Shown: piece by piece, positions 39,101-51,361 of the stretch
How the letters are laid out: each line of letters opens with the position of its first letter
Position numbering within the stretch: the first letter of the stretch is position 1
Origin: Macrostomum lignano
Lineage: Eukaryota
NCBI GenBank assembly: GCA_002269645.1
Contig: NIVC01003512.1
Span: 30,256 to 94,255, forward strand
Length of the DNA stretch: 64,000 nucleotides
Direction of reading: 5' to 3'
Program-made: the position numbers and the translations under genes
Notes under the pieces: model-generated
Told to the model about the DNA's origin: nothing
Database searches by the model: none
What the model saw: only the letters and a program-made list of their open reading frames with translations

Positions 39101-42100
39101 TACATCGGATCCACATCGGGTCCCCATCGGGTTCCCATGCGATCCACATCGTGTCTACATCGGATCCACATCGGGTCCCCATCGGGTTCCCATGCGATCC
39201 ACATCGTGTCTACATCGGATCCACATCGGGTCCCCATCGGGTTCCCATGCGATCCACATCGTGTCTACATCGGATCCACATCGGGTCCCCATCGGGTTCC
39301 CATGCGATCCACATCGTGTCTACATCGGATCCACATCGGGTCCCCATCGGGTTCCCATGCGATCCACATCGTGTCTACATCGGATCCACATCGGGTCCCC
39401 ATCGGGTTCCCATGCGATCCACATCGTGTCTACATCGGATCCACATCGGGTCCACATCGTGTCCACATCATTTCCCCTGCTAGTTTGAACTGATTTTTCT
39501 AAAATCATTCTCGACGCAGACTACCGTACGCATGTTAGTGTGGTAAAAACTTCAAATACGCTTGGGATGCCAATCTAAATGCGAATCTTAGCGAAGGCTC
39601 CTCTAGAAGTTCCATAAGTCAATGTTATTCAGTCAAGACAAATCGAATTGATCTCTCACCTGATCCGCATGATCTCATTGGACCGGTTCTCTCTCAGTCG
39701 CATGACGAGAACCCGCAGCACGTTCAGAAGCAGCACAATGTTAATCTAGATGGTGGAGCAATTTTCAGATGCAGCTGTAGCTTAATAATAATTATTATTG
39801 CAGGACGGCTGAGGGCACCCTGGCGCAACGCAACGCCAATACTGTATGCCGGCGTGCACTCATTCACACGCTCACACAGAGTGTACAGCGGTCGTGACTT
39901 TCTAATCGTCAGGCATGTACACTCTCAGTGCCTTGTGGGTTGGCTCTCTTGGTTGTGCATCGCACGACAGCCTCCCTGGTCAATTTTCGTGCACAAGCTC
40001 CAAATGAATGTGTTTGAGCACGGAATCGAACCATGTGGGGTCTTGGAGCCAGACTCAGACACGTTTACAGCTGAGCTGCTCGCAACCTTATCTTGAGCAT
40101 AGCAAACAGCCAAACTATTGCTGTCAGACACAAGTCCTTTTTATCAAACACCCTGTCAGATGCAGAGACTACAATATCACTTCCTGCTTCACATTACGTA
40201 CGCATTATACTCGCCTACACTTTTCATTGTTTACCAAGCTTTAAGTCTCGACCAATCACGCATCAGCTGTCCCTCAACCCCAACAACGAATGTATTGACG
40301 CAGAAAAAAGGCCACACATTACAGCCACCTTTTCGGCACTCAGCCTTGGACTTTGCATCGGATAGTAGTCCTTCTGTCAGACAAATTTCTCTTTTTGTCA
40401 GAAATCCACATCTCTTGTCAGCCCACTTTCTGTCAGAAATTCTGCTGCTCCTGTCAGACACTAGCAAGAAGGAAAAAATGTCTTCACCCAACTCACGGCA
40501 AAAGTGGTCAGCCTGCAGGCGTTCAATATCCAGTAGTCAGCCGAATGGAAGGAGTCTTTCCAGCAGCTGAAAATATATTTGGCGAAATTCTTGACAGAGA
40601 ATTATCAACTAATCAGCTCAATCAAGTTTTTGCGCGTTCGCTTTTTGAGACGGCATTGGGCGAAAAAATTCAGATAAAAACGAAAACAATCAAAGCGAAT
40701 TTAAAGAGGAGTCAACTCACTCAGCCGCTGACTGCTTCTTCCGCAGAAAAACGACGGCAGCCCAGACAGTTGTGGGAACGACTGGAAGGCCTGGAAACAA
40801 ATGGGGAGACGTTTTAGGACAAAGCGCCACGACGTCTCTTTGCCCATTGCCATGTGACTTTCATTCAAGTTGAATCACTTTTGACGAAACTGAGTGCAGG
40901 GTATAGAAAGTCAGGGGGCTTTACGAAGCTGTCACGTGATTCAATAAAAATCTGACTGGACTGCGTGCAGGGTTTAGGGTGCGAGATCAGGGCTGTACGC
41001 AGACGTCACGTGATTCAATAAACAGTTCTGACTAGACTGTGTGCAAGGGGTAGAAAGCCGGGCTTTCGAAGCTGGTCACGTGATTCAATAAAAATCTGAC
41101 TGGAATGCGTGCAGGGTTTAGGGTGCGAGATCAGGGCTGTACGCAGATGTCACGTGATTCAATAAACAGTTCTGACTAGACTGTGTGCAAGGGGTAGAAA
41201 GCCGGGCTTTCGAAGCTGGTCACGTGATTCAATAGAAATCTGACTGGAATGCGTGCAGGGTTTTGGGTACGAGATCAGGGCTGTACGCAGATGTCACGTG
41301 ACTCATAAAAAGTTTACGTAGAATCTGTGCGGAGTAGGAATCGGGGCTGTAAGCAGCTGTCACGTGACCTACCATATCCAAGCAGATAGTTTCTGCACAT
41401 GCCGCTGCTTGTCTGAAACACAGTACCGGCAATTTTGCTGTGAATGTTGATGCCCTCGATCAGCATCCAAGCAAATATAGAAGTTCGCGTGGTCTCCCAG
41501 ATGCACTTCAGGCCAGTGCAGGCGTAGGACTGAAAAGGTGGCGACTTGGTTCGTGAGGATATTAAAGCTTTGATTGATTCATTCTCATGGATCTTTAAGT
41601 TTCCAGATTGAAAATACACGTTCAATTTGTAGTCAACTCTTTTCATGAAACGATTTGTTTTAAATCAATTTTGTCAAGCCCCAATTAGCTGACAGACATT
41701 CGTTTGTACAAGTGCAACTCCGATTTTCGTGTCGGGCAAGCATGCATTTTTCATAGATTTTATCTGTGCCTCTTTTTATTACAGCTCTGCTGAGAAGTGC
41801 AGACTATTGAGCGGATATTGAATTAGCTGGCAAAGGAAGCCGGCGTGCAGAATTAGTGCTGCTTCTGCTGGTGAAGTAGCAGCGTTCGCGACCATGAGAC
41901 TGAGGGTATTTCTGCTCCAAAATGACAAAACTAACTGTTTTATTTTACTCTGCTATTTTCTGCAGGTAGGCATCCAATTTCTCAGAACTGGATGCGCTTA
42001 TTTAGCTAGACAGACTGCCTAACCCGGTTGCTCAATTGAAAGCACAAGCGGCAAACACGAAGTCTCAACTCGCGTCAGACACATTTGAGCTGCTTGATGA

Positions 42101-45100
42101 CTTACACATTGAGGCATTGCTACAGGAATGAACTAAAGGATCGGCTGTCTTCAAATTCTCAACCAGCGAAGAAGCGATATAAAATTGGAGCTGGTTAAGC
42201 AAACTGGACGCGGCTAGTAAGCACCTTTTTGCGTACTTTTATTTCTCAAACTCTCGCCCTGTCTCTCACCCTGTCTCTCACTCTGTCTCTCACCCTGTCT
42301 CTCACCCTGTCTCTCACCCTGTCTCTCACTCTGTCTCTCACTCTGTCTCTCACCCTGTCTCTCACCCTGTCCCTCTCACCCTGTCTCTCACCCTGTCTCT
42401 CACCCTGTCTCTCACCCTGTCTCTCACCCTGTCTCTCACCCTGTCTCTCACCCTGTCTCTCTCACCCTGTCTCTCACCCTGTCTCTCACCCTGTCTCTCT
42501 CACCCTGTCTCTCACCCTGTCTCTCACTCTGTCTCTTATTCTGTTATAAGTGGTTAGCAGGTAGTTTTTTGCGTGTTTCTTATTTTTTTCTATTGAGGGC
42601 TCACGGATTCGCAGGCACGCACATCCTTGTACCGAGTGCACATCTGCCCTGCCTTTCTCATAGTCAGCCAGTTTGCACCACTCTGTGCCTTGGGTTTTGT
42701 GCCGCGATTAACAGTGAAAATCCTACAAAAGCTGTTTCAGTTACCAGAAACTCCAACTTGGCCGCCTGCACTTTGGTCCTGGACGTGGCGATCTCCCTGG
42801 AGGCCAGCAGCAGGTGAGCCAAGATCTGCATCAGCATCGCGATGAACAGGTTGCGATGGATCTTGTTTCTCACGCTGCTCAGGCTTCTGGAAGAGAATTG
42901 AGCAATGTTACTAATCTTTCAAATCTTTCGCGGGAGTAATAGGAATTTCACTCACGAGTAACAGCAGAAGATGGCCACCGCGAAAGCCAACGACATCGAC
43001 GAAAGTACATCGCCGATAATCTCCAGGATTTCGTTGACTCGAACAGCCTTGTCGATCATCTTGAAGGGGAGTTTTAGGATAGAACTGTCTTGTGGGACAT
43101 GAATATTTCTACCTCACTCTCTCCTTCACTCGCTCCTTCACTCTCTCCCTCACTCTCTCCCTCACTCTCTCCCTCACTCTCTCCCTCACTCTCTCCCTCA
43201 CTCTCTCCCTCACTCTCTCCCTCACTCTCTCCCTCACTCTCTCCCTCACTCTCTCCCTCACTCTCTCCTTCACTCTCTCCCTCACTCTCTCCTTCACTCT
43301 CTCCGTTACTCTCTCCCTCACTCTCTCCCGCACTCTCTCCTTCACTCTCTCCCTCACTCTCTCCCTCACTTTCTCCATCACTCTCGACCTCACTCTCGAC
43401 CTCACTCTGGACCTCACTCTCACCCTCACTCACTCTCTCACTTCCTCCTTCACTCTCTGTCTCACTCCCTACTTCGCTCTCTCTCCCTCACTATCTCCCC
43501 TACTCTCTCCCTCACTCTCTCTCTCACTCTCTCCCTCACTCTCTCCCTCACTCTCTCCCTCACTCTCTCCTTCACTCTCTCCCTCACTCTCTCCTTCACT
43601 CTCTCCGTTACTCTCTCCCTCACTCTCTCCCGCACTCTCTCCTTCACTCTCTCCCTCACTCTCTCCCTCACTTTCTCCATCACTCTCGACCTCACTCTCG
43701 ACCTCACTCTGGACCTCACTCTCACCCTCACTCACTCTCTCACTTCCTCCTTCACTCTCTGTCTCACTCCCTACTTCGCTCTCTCTCCCTCACTATCTCC
43801 CCTACTCTCTCCCTCACTCTCTCTCTCACTCTCTCCCTCACTCTCTCTCCCTCACTCTCTCCCTTCCTCTCTCCCTCACTCTCTCCCTCACTTTCTCTCC
43901 GTCACTCTCTCTCCCTCACTCTCTCCCTCACTCTCTCCCTCACTCTCTCCCTCACTCTCTCTCCGTCACTCTCTCTCCGTCACTCTCTCCCTCACTCTCT
44001 CTCCCTCACCTTCTCTCCCCCACTCTCTACCACACTCTCGACCTCACACTCTCCCTCACTCTCGACCTCACACTCTCCCTCACTCTCGACCTCACACTCT
44101 CCCTCTCTCTCGACCTCACACTCTCCCTCACTCTCTCCCTCACACTCTCCCTCTTTCTCGACCTCACTCTCGACCTCACTCTCGACCTCACACTCTCCCT
44201 CACTCTCGACCTCACTCTCGACCTCACTCTCGACCTCACTCTCGACCTCACACTCTCCCTCACTCTCGACCTCACTCTCGACCTCACTCTCGACCTCACT
44301 CTCGACCTCACTCTCGACCTCACACTCTCCCTCACTCTCGACCTCACACTCTCCCTCTCTCTCGACCTCACACTCTCCCTCACTCTCTCCCTCACACTCT
44401 CCCTCTTTCTCGACCTCACTCTCGACCTCACTCTCGACCTCACACTCTCCCTCACTCTCGACCTCACTCTCGACCTCACTCTCGACCTCACTCTCGACCT
44501 CACGGTCTCTTACTTTGTCTCTCAGTCTGTATCTCATCGTCTCTCACCGTGTCTCAGCCTGTCTTTTACACCCTGTCTTTCATCCCGTCTTTTTACATGT
44601 CCTTCACTCTGCCTGACTATCTTTCAGTCTGTTTCTCAACGCTAATTCATCAATGGTATCTCTGACTCTCTGCCCCGACAGGAGAAATTTCTTTTCTTTA
44701 AAATTCGCTAAATTTTTAATTTCTAATTTGTCTAGTGTTACAGGGTCTATGCTCACTCTGAACCTCATTCTTTTTATCGCAACTCTGTCTCTCAGAGCCA
44801 TTCCATGCAGTTTAGCTTCAATCAGCTCCTACATTATTTAAATTCCATGTATAGTTTATTAAAAATGATTTCCTTCAATATCCTGCGCTTTCATCAATGC
44901 CTAAATTTGAGTCAGCATAAGACTCGAAAGGCGACCTTAGACTCGTCAAGCAGCACTTTTCACTGTTTGTCAATACCGCAGCGGCCATCGGCAGCGCCAG
45001 AGCATCTCAGTCAGTTCCCAGCTGCATCTATCGATCGCCACCTTCTCACCCCTGCTCCGCCTTGCCATTGCGTGTCGCGCACCGATGCGCGCTGAAAATC

Positions 45101-47568
45101 GATCTAAAAGAACTTGCAGGCCAAATTGCCGCATCGGCTAAATTTAATCTGCCGACTGCAAGGCTGAACTTCGCGTGATACATGCAATATTTCCCGCTGC
45201 TCGGTCACCTTGTGTTTCTCAGGGAATTGCTCAAGCCATTGCTTTGTCAACCGGCTTCAGGAATAAATAATAACAGCCTGGAATTACAAAACATACTGGC
45301 TGATTGCTCTGAGGGGAATGATCAGCTGGAAGTAGAGTCACGTGAGTCACTGTAGTCATGTGAGTGACTAGCTGTAGTCACGTGAGTGACTCTAGTCATG
45401 TGAGTGACTGTAGTCATGTGAGTGACTGTAGTCATGTGAGTGACTCTAGTCATGTGAGTGACTGTAGTCATGTGAGTGACTGTAGTCATGTGAGTGACTG
45501 TAGTCTTGTGAGTGACTGTAGTCTTGTGAGTGACTGTAGTCATGTGAGTGACATGGGGCATCAAGAAGTAAAAACTCACACTGATCTCGGCCGAGGACTT
45601 TCCGTCAAGGAACTGATTAGAAAACGGGGAGAAGCAGGTCGAATAGTTTGAGAAGGACTTGCTGATGTTCTCCACCGGATGGCCGTCACCGCCCAGCCAG
45701 CGGCCCGAACTGTGGCAAACTCGATGGGCCCGGCCCTCGGGAACTGTGGCGGCGGGAAGTGATGGAATGGTGTCTGATTCAGAGTGATTGGCACCGGAAG
45801 TGACTGATGTCTCCCCTGGATGTCAGAGTGCTCCCCTAGATAACATCGGGCTAAGACAGAACCGGACTCGGATAGAATCGGACTCAAACAGAATCGGACT
45901 CGGACAGAATCGGACTCGGACAGAATCGGACTCGGACAGAATCGGACTCGGACAGAATCGGACTCGGACAGAATCGGACTCGGACAGAATCGGACTCGGA
46001 CAGAATCGGACTCGGACAGAATCGGACTCGGACAGAATCGGACTCGGACAGAATCGGACTCGGACAGAATCGGACTCGGACAGAATCGGACTCGGACAGA
46101 ATCGGACTCGGACAGAATCGGACTCGGACAGAATCGGACTCGGACAGAATCGGACTCGGACAGAATCGGACTCGGACAGAATCGGACTCGGACAGAATCG
46201 GACTCGGACAGAATCGGACTCGGACAGAATCGGACTCGGACAGAATCGGACTCGGACAGAATCGGACTCGGACAGAATCGGACTCGGACAGAATCGGACT
46301 CGGACAGAATCGGACTCGGACAGAATCGGACTCGGACAGAATCGGACTCGGACAGAATCGGACTCGGACAGAATCGGACTCGGAAAGAATCGGACTCGGA
46401 CAGAATCGGACTCGGACAGAATCGGACTCGGACAGAATCGGACTCGGACAGAATCTGACTCGGACAGAATCGGACTCGGACAGAATCGGACTCGGACAGA
46501 ATCGGACTCGGACAGAATCGGACTCGGACAGAATCGGACTCGGACAGAATCGGACTCGGACAGAATCGGACTCGGACAGAATCGGACTCGGACAGAATCG
46601 GACTCGGACAGAATCGGACTCGGACAGAATCGGACTCGGACAGAATCGGACTCGGACAGAATCGGACTCGGACAGAATCGGACTCGGACAAAATCGGACT
46701 CACAGTCAGGGCAAGGCAGCTTGGCCACCGTGCCGTTCGGAGTTCGAGGCCAGGTGAGGAAGCCGTCATTGTAGGCCGGGCAAAACCGCCTCTGCTCCTT
46801 GCTGAGGGTGGCTGCAAGTTGGCAGGGAGACTCAGTGACAGTAACGCGACTCTGGCTCAGAGCAGTAGTAAACCAGCTAGTCAGAAAAGTCTTTCAAAGG
46901 TAATTCGAGCCAATTTATTCTTAGAGCTCATTAAATGTGTCTGAAAGAAGACTGGAAAATTGAAGAGCTATTCTTACTCATGATGCGGCATAAGGATTCT
47001 GGATAAATTCTTCGTTCCGGATCGCTGCAGGCAAGAAGATTCAAGAAGCCTTCATCTACTATGACGAAATTGAATGAACTGCAATTATGAGAATGCCGCT
47101 GCTTCGGTGGTTCCGGGGTATTTTTCCCGATTTCCTGTTGCGACTCTTTGCGCTTGCCAAACGGCGGTTGAGAAACGGAAGAATTTCGTCGGGCTGAACC
47201 GGCCCACCGCACCAGGGGGTCGGGATGGGGGTTGGCCAAAAACTACAGGGTTGCAGGGCGGGGAGGAAAATCGGGCAAAAAACAAAAAACCCCAGCGCTC
47301 GCTGTCCCCCCCGCGCTCGTGTTTGCCCCGGGATTTTCGGTGTGAATAATTTATGCTACCTTGGCAGCTGGGCGAACCAGCCAGCGTTCCCGGGACTTGG
47401 GGGGTTCCTCCCGGAACTGCGTGCGGCTCAGCAGGCGGCAGGGGCGCAGGGCGGGGGCAGGAGCAAGGGGGGGGGCGCTGGCCAATCCTCCAGTTGTCAA
47501 AAGTAGCCGTCAGGTCCTGTCGGGCGTGCTGATTCCAGCTGGCCAACTTGCTGACCGCTGTGTGTTTT
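36163..47568 (-). CDS. Pdfr: Class B (secretin-family) GPCR, PDF-receptor-like; 5' end unresolved
   Basis: Exons 47568-47360 (tentative), 46811-46704, 45773-45580, 43059-42956, 42886-42745, 41529-41373, 40790-40721, 40566-40497, 39745-39660, 37101-36924, 36432-36163. Hormone-binding domain [28 protein letters not shown]...RVCHSSGRW...NYSTC. TM1-2 LEIIG...[16 protein letters not shown]; TM3 FAWMLIEG; TM4 [11 protein letters not shown]; TM5 [18 protein letters not shown]; TM6-7 [17 protein letters not shown]...[18 protein letters not shown]. These match the PDFR motifs as I recall them. Confidence 0.88.
36511..36791. repeat. 15-bp minisatellite
   Basis: Unit gattgacaacctacc. Confidence 0.95.
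37381..37617. mobile_element. hAT-like MITE with internal GA-rich tract (related copy)
   Basis: cagggatcggcaaacctttt resembles hAT/Charlie-type MITE termini; ggcccgcaggtcggagtt near the other end. Confidence 0.45.
38247..38350 (+). mobile_element. SINE family B 5' fragment
   Basis: agctctgcgttgatggcgtctgactctcgctccacgaccccaagtttgattccgtgcgcaaacac aligns by eye to the head of the 39842-40080 copy. Confidence 0.5.
38395..39470. repeat. 11-bp-subunit minisatellite forming a 55-bp higher-order unit
   Basis: ccacatcgggt-like subunits; homogeneous 55-mers from about 39000 to 39450. Confidence 0.92.
39842..40080 (-). mobile_element. tRNA-derived SINE (family B)
   Basis: Head agctcagctgt...ggttcgattcc. 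Body similar to 2650-2877 (gagtgtacagcgg...aggcatgtacact...gccttg..ggttggc). Confidence 0.6.
40905..41370. repeat. 144-bp (about 2x72) tandem repeat with CACGTG in each subunit
   Basis: tcacgtgattcaat recurs at 40932, 41076 and 41220 (144-bp period), with intervening copies. Confidence 0.85.
42255..42535. repeat. 12-bp CT-rich repeat
   Basis: Unit ctctcaccctgt. Confidence 0.92.
43108..44505. repeat. 12-bp CT-rich compound repeat
   Basis: Units ctcactctctcc and ctcactctcgac. Confidence 0.92.
45343..45552. repeat. 18-bp minisatellite
   Basis: Unit gtcatgtgagtgactgta. Confidence 0.92.
45858..46702. repeat. 16-bp minisatellite starting at a splice donor
   Basis: Unit ggactcggacagaatc, nearly perfect. 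Confidence 0.97.
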
Positions 47569-47667
47569 CTAAGAATTTCTTAGCGCTACCTGGGCAGCAC
47601 CTGTGTCGGGCGACTTTCTTTAACTTGCGTCGTGATGGGTACTTTCGGATTGTGAGTTCGGGTTCCT

Positions 47668-48177
47668 CCGAATCTCTGAGTCACTCAGAATCTCTAGGTC
47701 ACTCCGAATTTCTGGGTCGCTCCGAATCTCTGAGTCACTCCGAATCTCTGGGTCACTCCGAATCTATGGGTCACTCCGAATCTCTGGGTCACTCCGAATC
47801 TATGGGTCACTCCGAATCTCTGGGTCACTTCGAATCTCTGGGTCACTCCGAATCTCTAGGTCACTCCGAATTTCTGGGTCACTCCGAATCTCTGGGTCGC
47901 TCCAAATCTCTGGGTCACTCCGAATCTCTGGGTCACTCCGAATTTCTTGGTCACTCCGAATCTCTGGGTCACTCCGAATCTATGGGTCACTCCGAATCTC
48001 TGGGTCACTTCGAATTTCTGGGTCACTCCGAATCTCTGGGTCGCTCCGAATCTCTGGGTCACTTCGAATCTCTAGGTCACTTCGAATCTCTAGGTCACTC
48101 CGAATCTCTGGGTCACTCCGAATCTCTGGGTCACTCCGAATCTCTGGGTCACTCCGAATCTCTGGGTCACTCCGAAA
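47668..48177. repeat. 18-bp minisatellite
   Basis: Unit tcactccgaatctctggg. Confidence 0.95.
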
Positions 48178-48769
48178 TATGAGGAATACTGAGCTTGTCT
48201 CTGCATGTCCCTCTTAATATCAGGTTTACGCCTAGACATTAGGGTCACTCTGAAGTATAAAATAGACTGAAATAATCCCACTATTAAGTTGGCTATTAAA
48301 TTAAAGCAATGCGGAAGCAGTCTCTCCATGGCCGTAGCTCAAACAGTCAAACAGTCCAACTAATGCTTCTCATCTAATTAATAACAATATTCAGCATTCA
48401 TTATCTGTCGTTAAAAGCTTGATCGATGTGAATATTTTTTCCGCCAAGAGAATCGAGGATGGACTGATTAAAAATCCACTGGGAAGGGTAATCCCATTTA
48501 TCTAATAGGCCACACTGACTGGGATAAATAGGCCATCATCAGCTTGGCAAGCTCAATGAAAATTATTGATGAGGCTTATGAGGAGAAAGTGCTCATCTGA
48601 ATTCACTTTATAAGCTTGCGACTACCAGCGTTCAGTTTCCACTCAGAGCTGCCAGCCAATCAAAATACGAGTTAGCTGATCTAGTCACGTGACTGTTATT
48701 AGCCCCCTTAGAGGCAGGAGATAATGGCCCATTGGATAAACTTATACGCTCGCATGGTGCTGTGAAGCC

Positions 48770-49040
48770 CCCATTTCTACCCTAGCTTAGATCCTGTAGC
48801 CAATGGATATCAGCTTGTAGAGTCACGTGACTTAACGGTAAGGAGAAACCCGCCTCAATTTCTACCCTAGCTTGGATTCTGTAGCCAATGGAGATCAGCT
48901 TGTAGAGTCACGTGACTTAACGGCAAGGAGAAACCCGCCTCAAATTCTACCTTAGCTTGGATTCTGTAGCTAATGAAGATCAGCTTGTAGAGTCACGTGA
49001 CTTGGTGGCCTCAAATGCAGCCTAACTTAAAATTCTGTAG
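48770..49040. repeat. About 85-bp tandem repeat (about 3 units) with CCAAT and CACGTG motifs
   Basis: agccaatgg...cagcttgtagagtcacgtgact recurs with an 85-bp period. Confidence 0.8.
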
Positions 49041-50274
49041 CCAATGAAGTCAATCCAGTGACTTGGAGTTGCAGAGATACAACTTCACTTTCTGCCCTCG
49101 CCTATCGCTCCATGTAGGATATAATTCGAAAAAAAGCCAAGTCAATTTACTTTAATCCATTCGTAAACCAACTACTCGTAAGGAAACAAGAACAAGCAGG
49201 TGAACAGAAAGTCAATGCTAAAAGCCCACTAAACTTCATTAGCCGGCTATAGTCTGTACACCGTCAATGCGATTTTTGATTCGATTTTCATCAACCCAGC
49301 AAGAGGCCCCGAATCGACCAGGAAGCAGTTCAGGATCCCCCGCTGCACGCATTGGAATTAAATCTCAGCTCAGCTTTTAAGCAGACAAAACAGCCGGATT
49401 TGAGGTGGCCACGAAGACAAATGCTCAAAATATGAAGCCTGACGGCTGATGAAGCGGGAGGTCGAAAAAAGGAGGAAGCGGCGGACGCCTCAGGTGTCCC
49501 AGCTAGCTCAGCCGTTTTCAATGGATGAGGCGGAGAGAGGCGGGAGAGGCAGAGCCAGGGGAAAGCGAGAGTTGAAACTCGACCCAGGCAAATAGACGGC
49601 AGGGCTCAGCGCCCGCGCAGGCACGCCCCGCGGTCCGCTCCCAGCCTCTGCATGCTGCTTCATCGCCTTCTTATCCTTGGGTTTTGATTTTTTACCGACG
49701 CGGCCGCGCTGAAACGACCGTTGTTACCCCCATCCCCTCCCTCTGTCACTGGACACCCCTTCCCCACCGCTCCTGTCGCACGGGAGCTAATTAAGAAAGA
49801 CGAAATCTTTTTTTCGGCAAGGCGGGGGATTTATTGCTCACCGGGTGGCGCCGCGGCTGACAGGCCGACTCCGCAATTCGAGGCCGCAGTCCGGGGACAA
49901 TCCACTTGAACGCGCATTGCCAGGATTCTTGATGAAGCTCAGATGCTGCTCAGCCGGTCACTTGAGTCCTGCCTGTGCAACAGCCAGACGGCCGAGACAT
50001 TGCGACTGATTTATATCCCTCTTAATGGGGGATTTGGAAGCCGAGGTTATTGGTGGGATTCGGACGAGCCAATGGGAAAGCTGATGGCGCTGCAAATGTT
50101 TTAGCTGAGCGCTGTGCTGGGCTGAGCTCCTGTAGACGGTTGCTGATTCTGAAGAAATTTATCGGAGGCAAGCAGAAACAGGGCCTTAGTCTCAGCAGAT
50201 GAAGCAGTTTAAATCTTTGTTGTATTGGAGAGAAAGTTCTTGCTCATTAGTGATTGTTAGCAGGAGAGTTGCAC

Positions 50275-50657
50275 TACGAGAGGGGAATTGCAATCCGAGA
50301 GGAGAATTGCACTCTGAGAGGGGAATTGCACCCCGAGAGGGGAATTGCAATCTGAGAGGGGAATTGCACTCCGATAGGGGAATTGCACTCCGAGAAAGTA
50401 ATGCTCACCAAGAGCGGAATTGCACACCGCCGCGAGAGGGGAATTGTACACCAAGAAGGGAATTGCACACCTAGAGGATAATTGAACACCAAGAGGGGAA
50501 TTGCACACCTAGAGGATAATTGAACACCAAGAGGGGAATTGCACACCTAGAGGATAATTGAACACCAAGAGGGGAATTGCACACCTAGAGGATAATTGAA
50601 CACCAAGAGGGGAATTGCACACCTAGAGGATAATTGAACACCAAGAGGGGAATTGCA
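50275..50657. repeat. 19/38-bp minisatellite
   Basis: Unit cacctagaggataattgaacaccaagaggggaattgca. Confidence 0.88.
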
Positions 50658-50678
50658 TGCCGAGAAGGGATTACTCAC

Positions 50679-50789
50679 CAAGATACCCTTGCCATCATGG
50701 CGGATGCACCGCGACCCGAAATCAGCTGTGTCGACACTGGGTAACCTATCGAAATTCTTCGACACATCGTCCTTGATGCTCCAGAGAGA
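50679..50789 (-). CDS. Candidate isolated exon (possibly an upstream exon of the PDFR-like gene)
   Basis: ctctgtag acceptor and GTGAGT donor enclose 111 nt, open in phase 0 (SLWSIKDDVSKNFDRLPSVDTADFGSRCIRHDGKGIL). No recognisable domain. Confidence 0.3.
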
Positions 50790-51361
50790 CTACAGAGCGC
50801 GTGGATTTGTTTATTTCTGTGGCCTCACTGGGTGCTGCGGACTGCTCTTCCGACCAAACGTGGGTCGACACCAACTAGATCTCGGCGATCTCGTGATGCT
50901 GTCATCAACCGTCGAGAAAAGACATTTTGTACCTGATAGAGTTTTTTGCTGATGGAAACGCGACGGAATTTTCACGAGATCAACAAGCAGTTACTTCAGC
51001 GGAATTCTGCTTCTGACTGAATTAATTAGTGTATTTATTTGATACGAACTAGCTACCGATTGTAAAATATCAGCTTCGAAATTTGAGTACTTATTTGGAG
51101 CCCCCAAGTGCTCGGCGGGGCAATATAATGAATTGAGTTGAACTGCCATAAAATGAAGCTCTGTGACTGCCGGCTTCCTAGCTGATCGCAATAATTTTAC
51201 GCGGCTCCGAGGGGGAGGCGGATGAAGAAAGACCTTCAATGCCCCGTCTTTCAATTCTTGTTTTACGTCTGCAAAAGATGTCAGACTTCTTAACCGCAAA
51301 TATAAAAGTGCATTTTTGAACACTACAGATTGCATCATAAACTTTTGATAGCCCGACCATA

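Noticed and set aside
38377-39493. His/Pro/Ser-rich 320-368-aa ORFs
   Set aside because: Translations of the 11/55-bp array inside a GPCR intron.
43090-44645. 500-aa Ser/Leu/Pro ORFs
   Set aside because: CT-rich 12-bp repeat; intronic.
45576-46817. 413-aa ORF as a single gene
   Set aside because: It fuses a real exon (46704-46811) with the 16-bp array by read-through past the donor.
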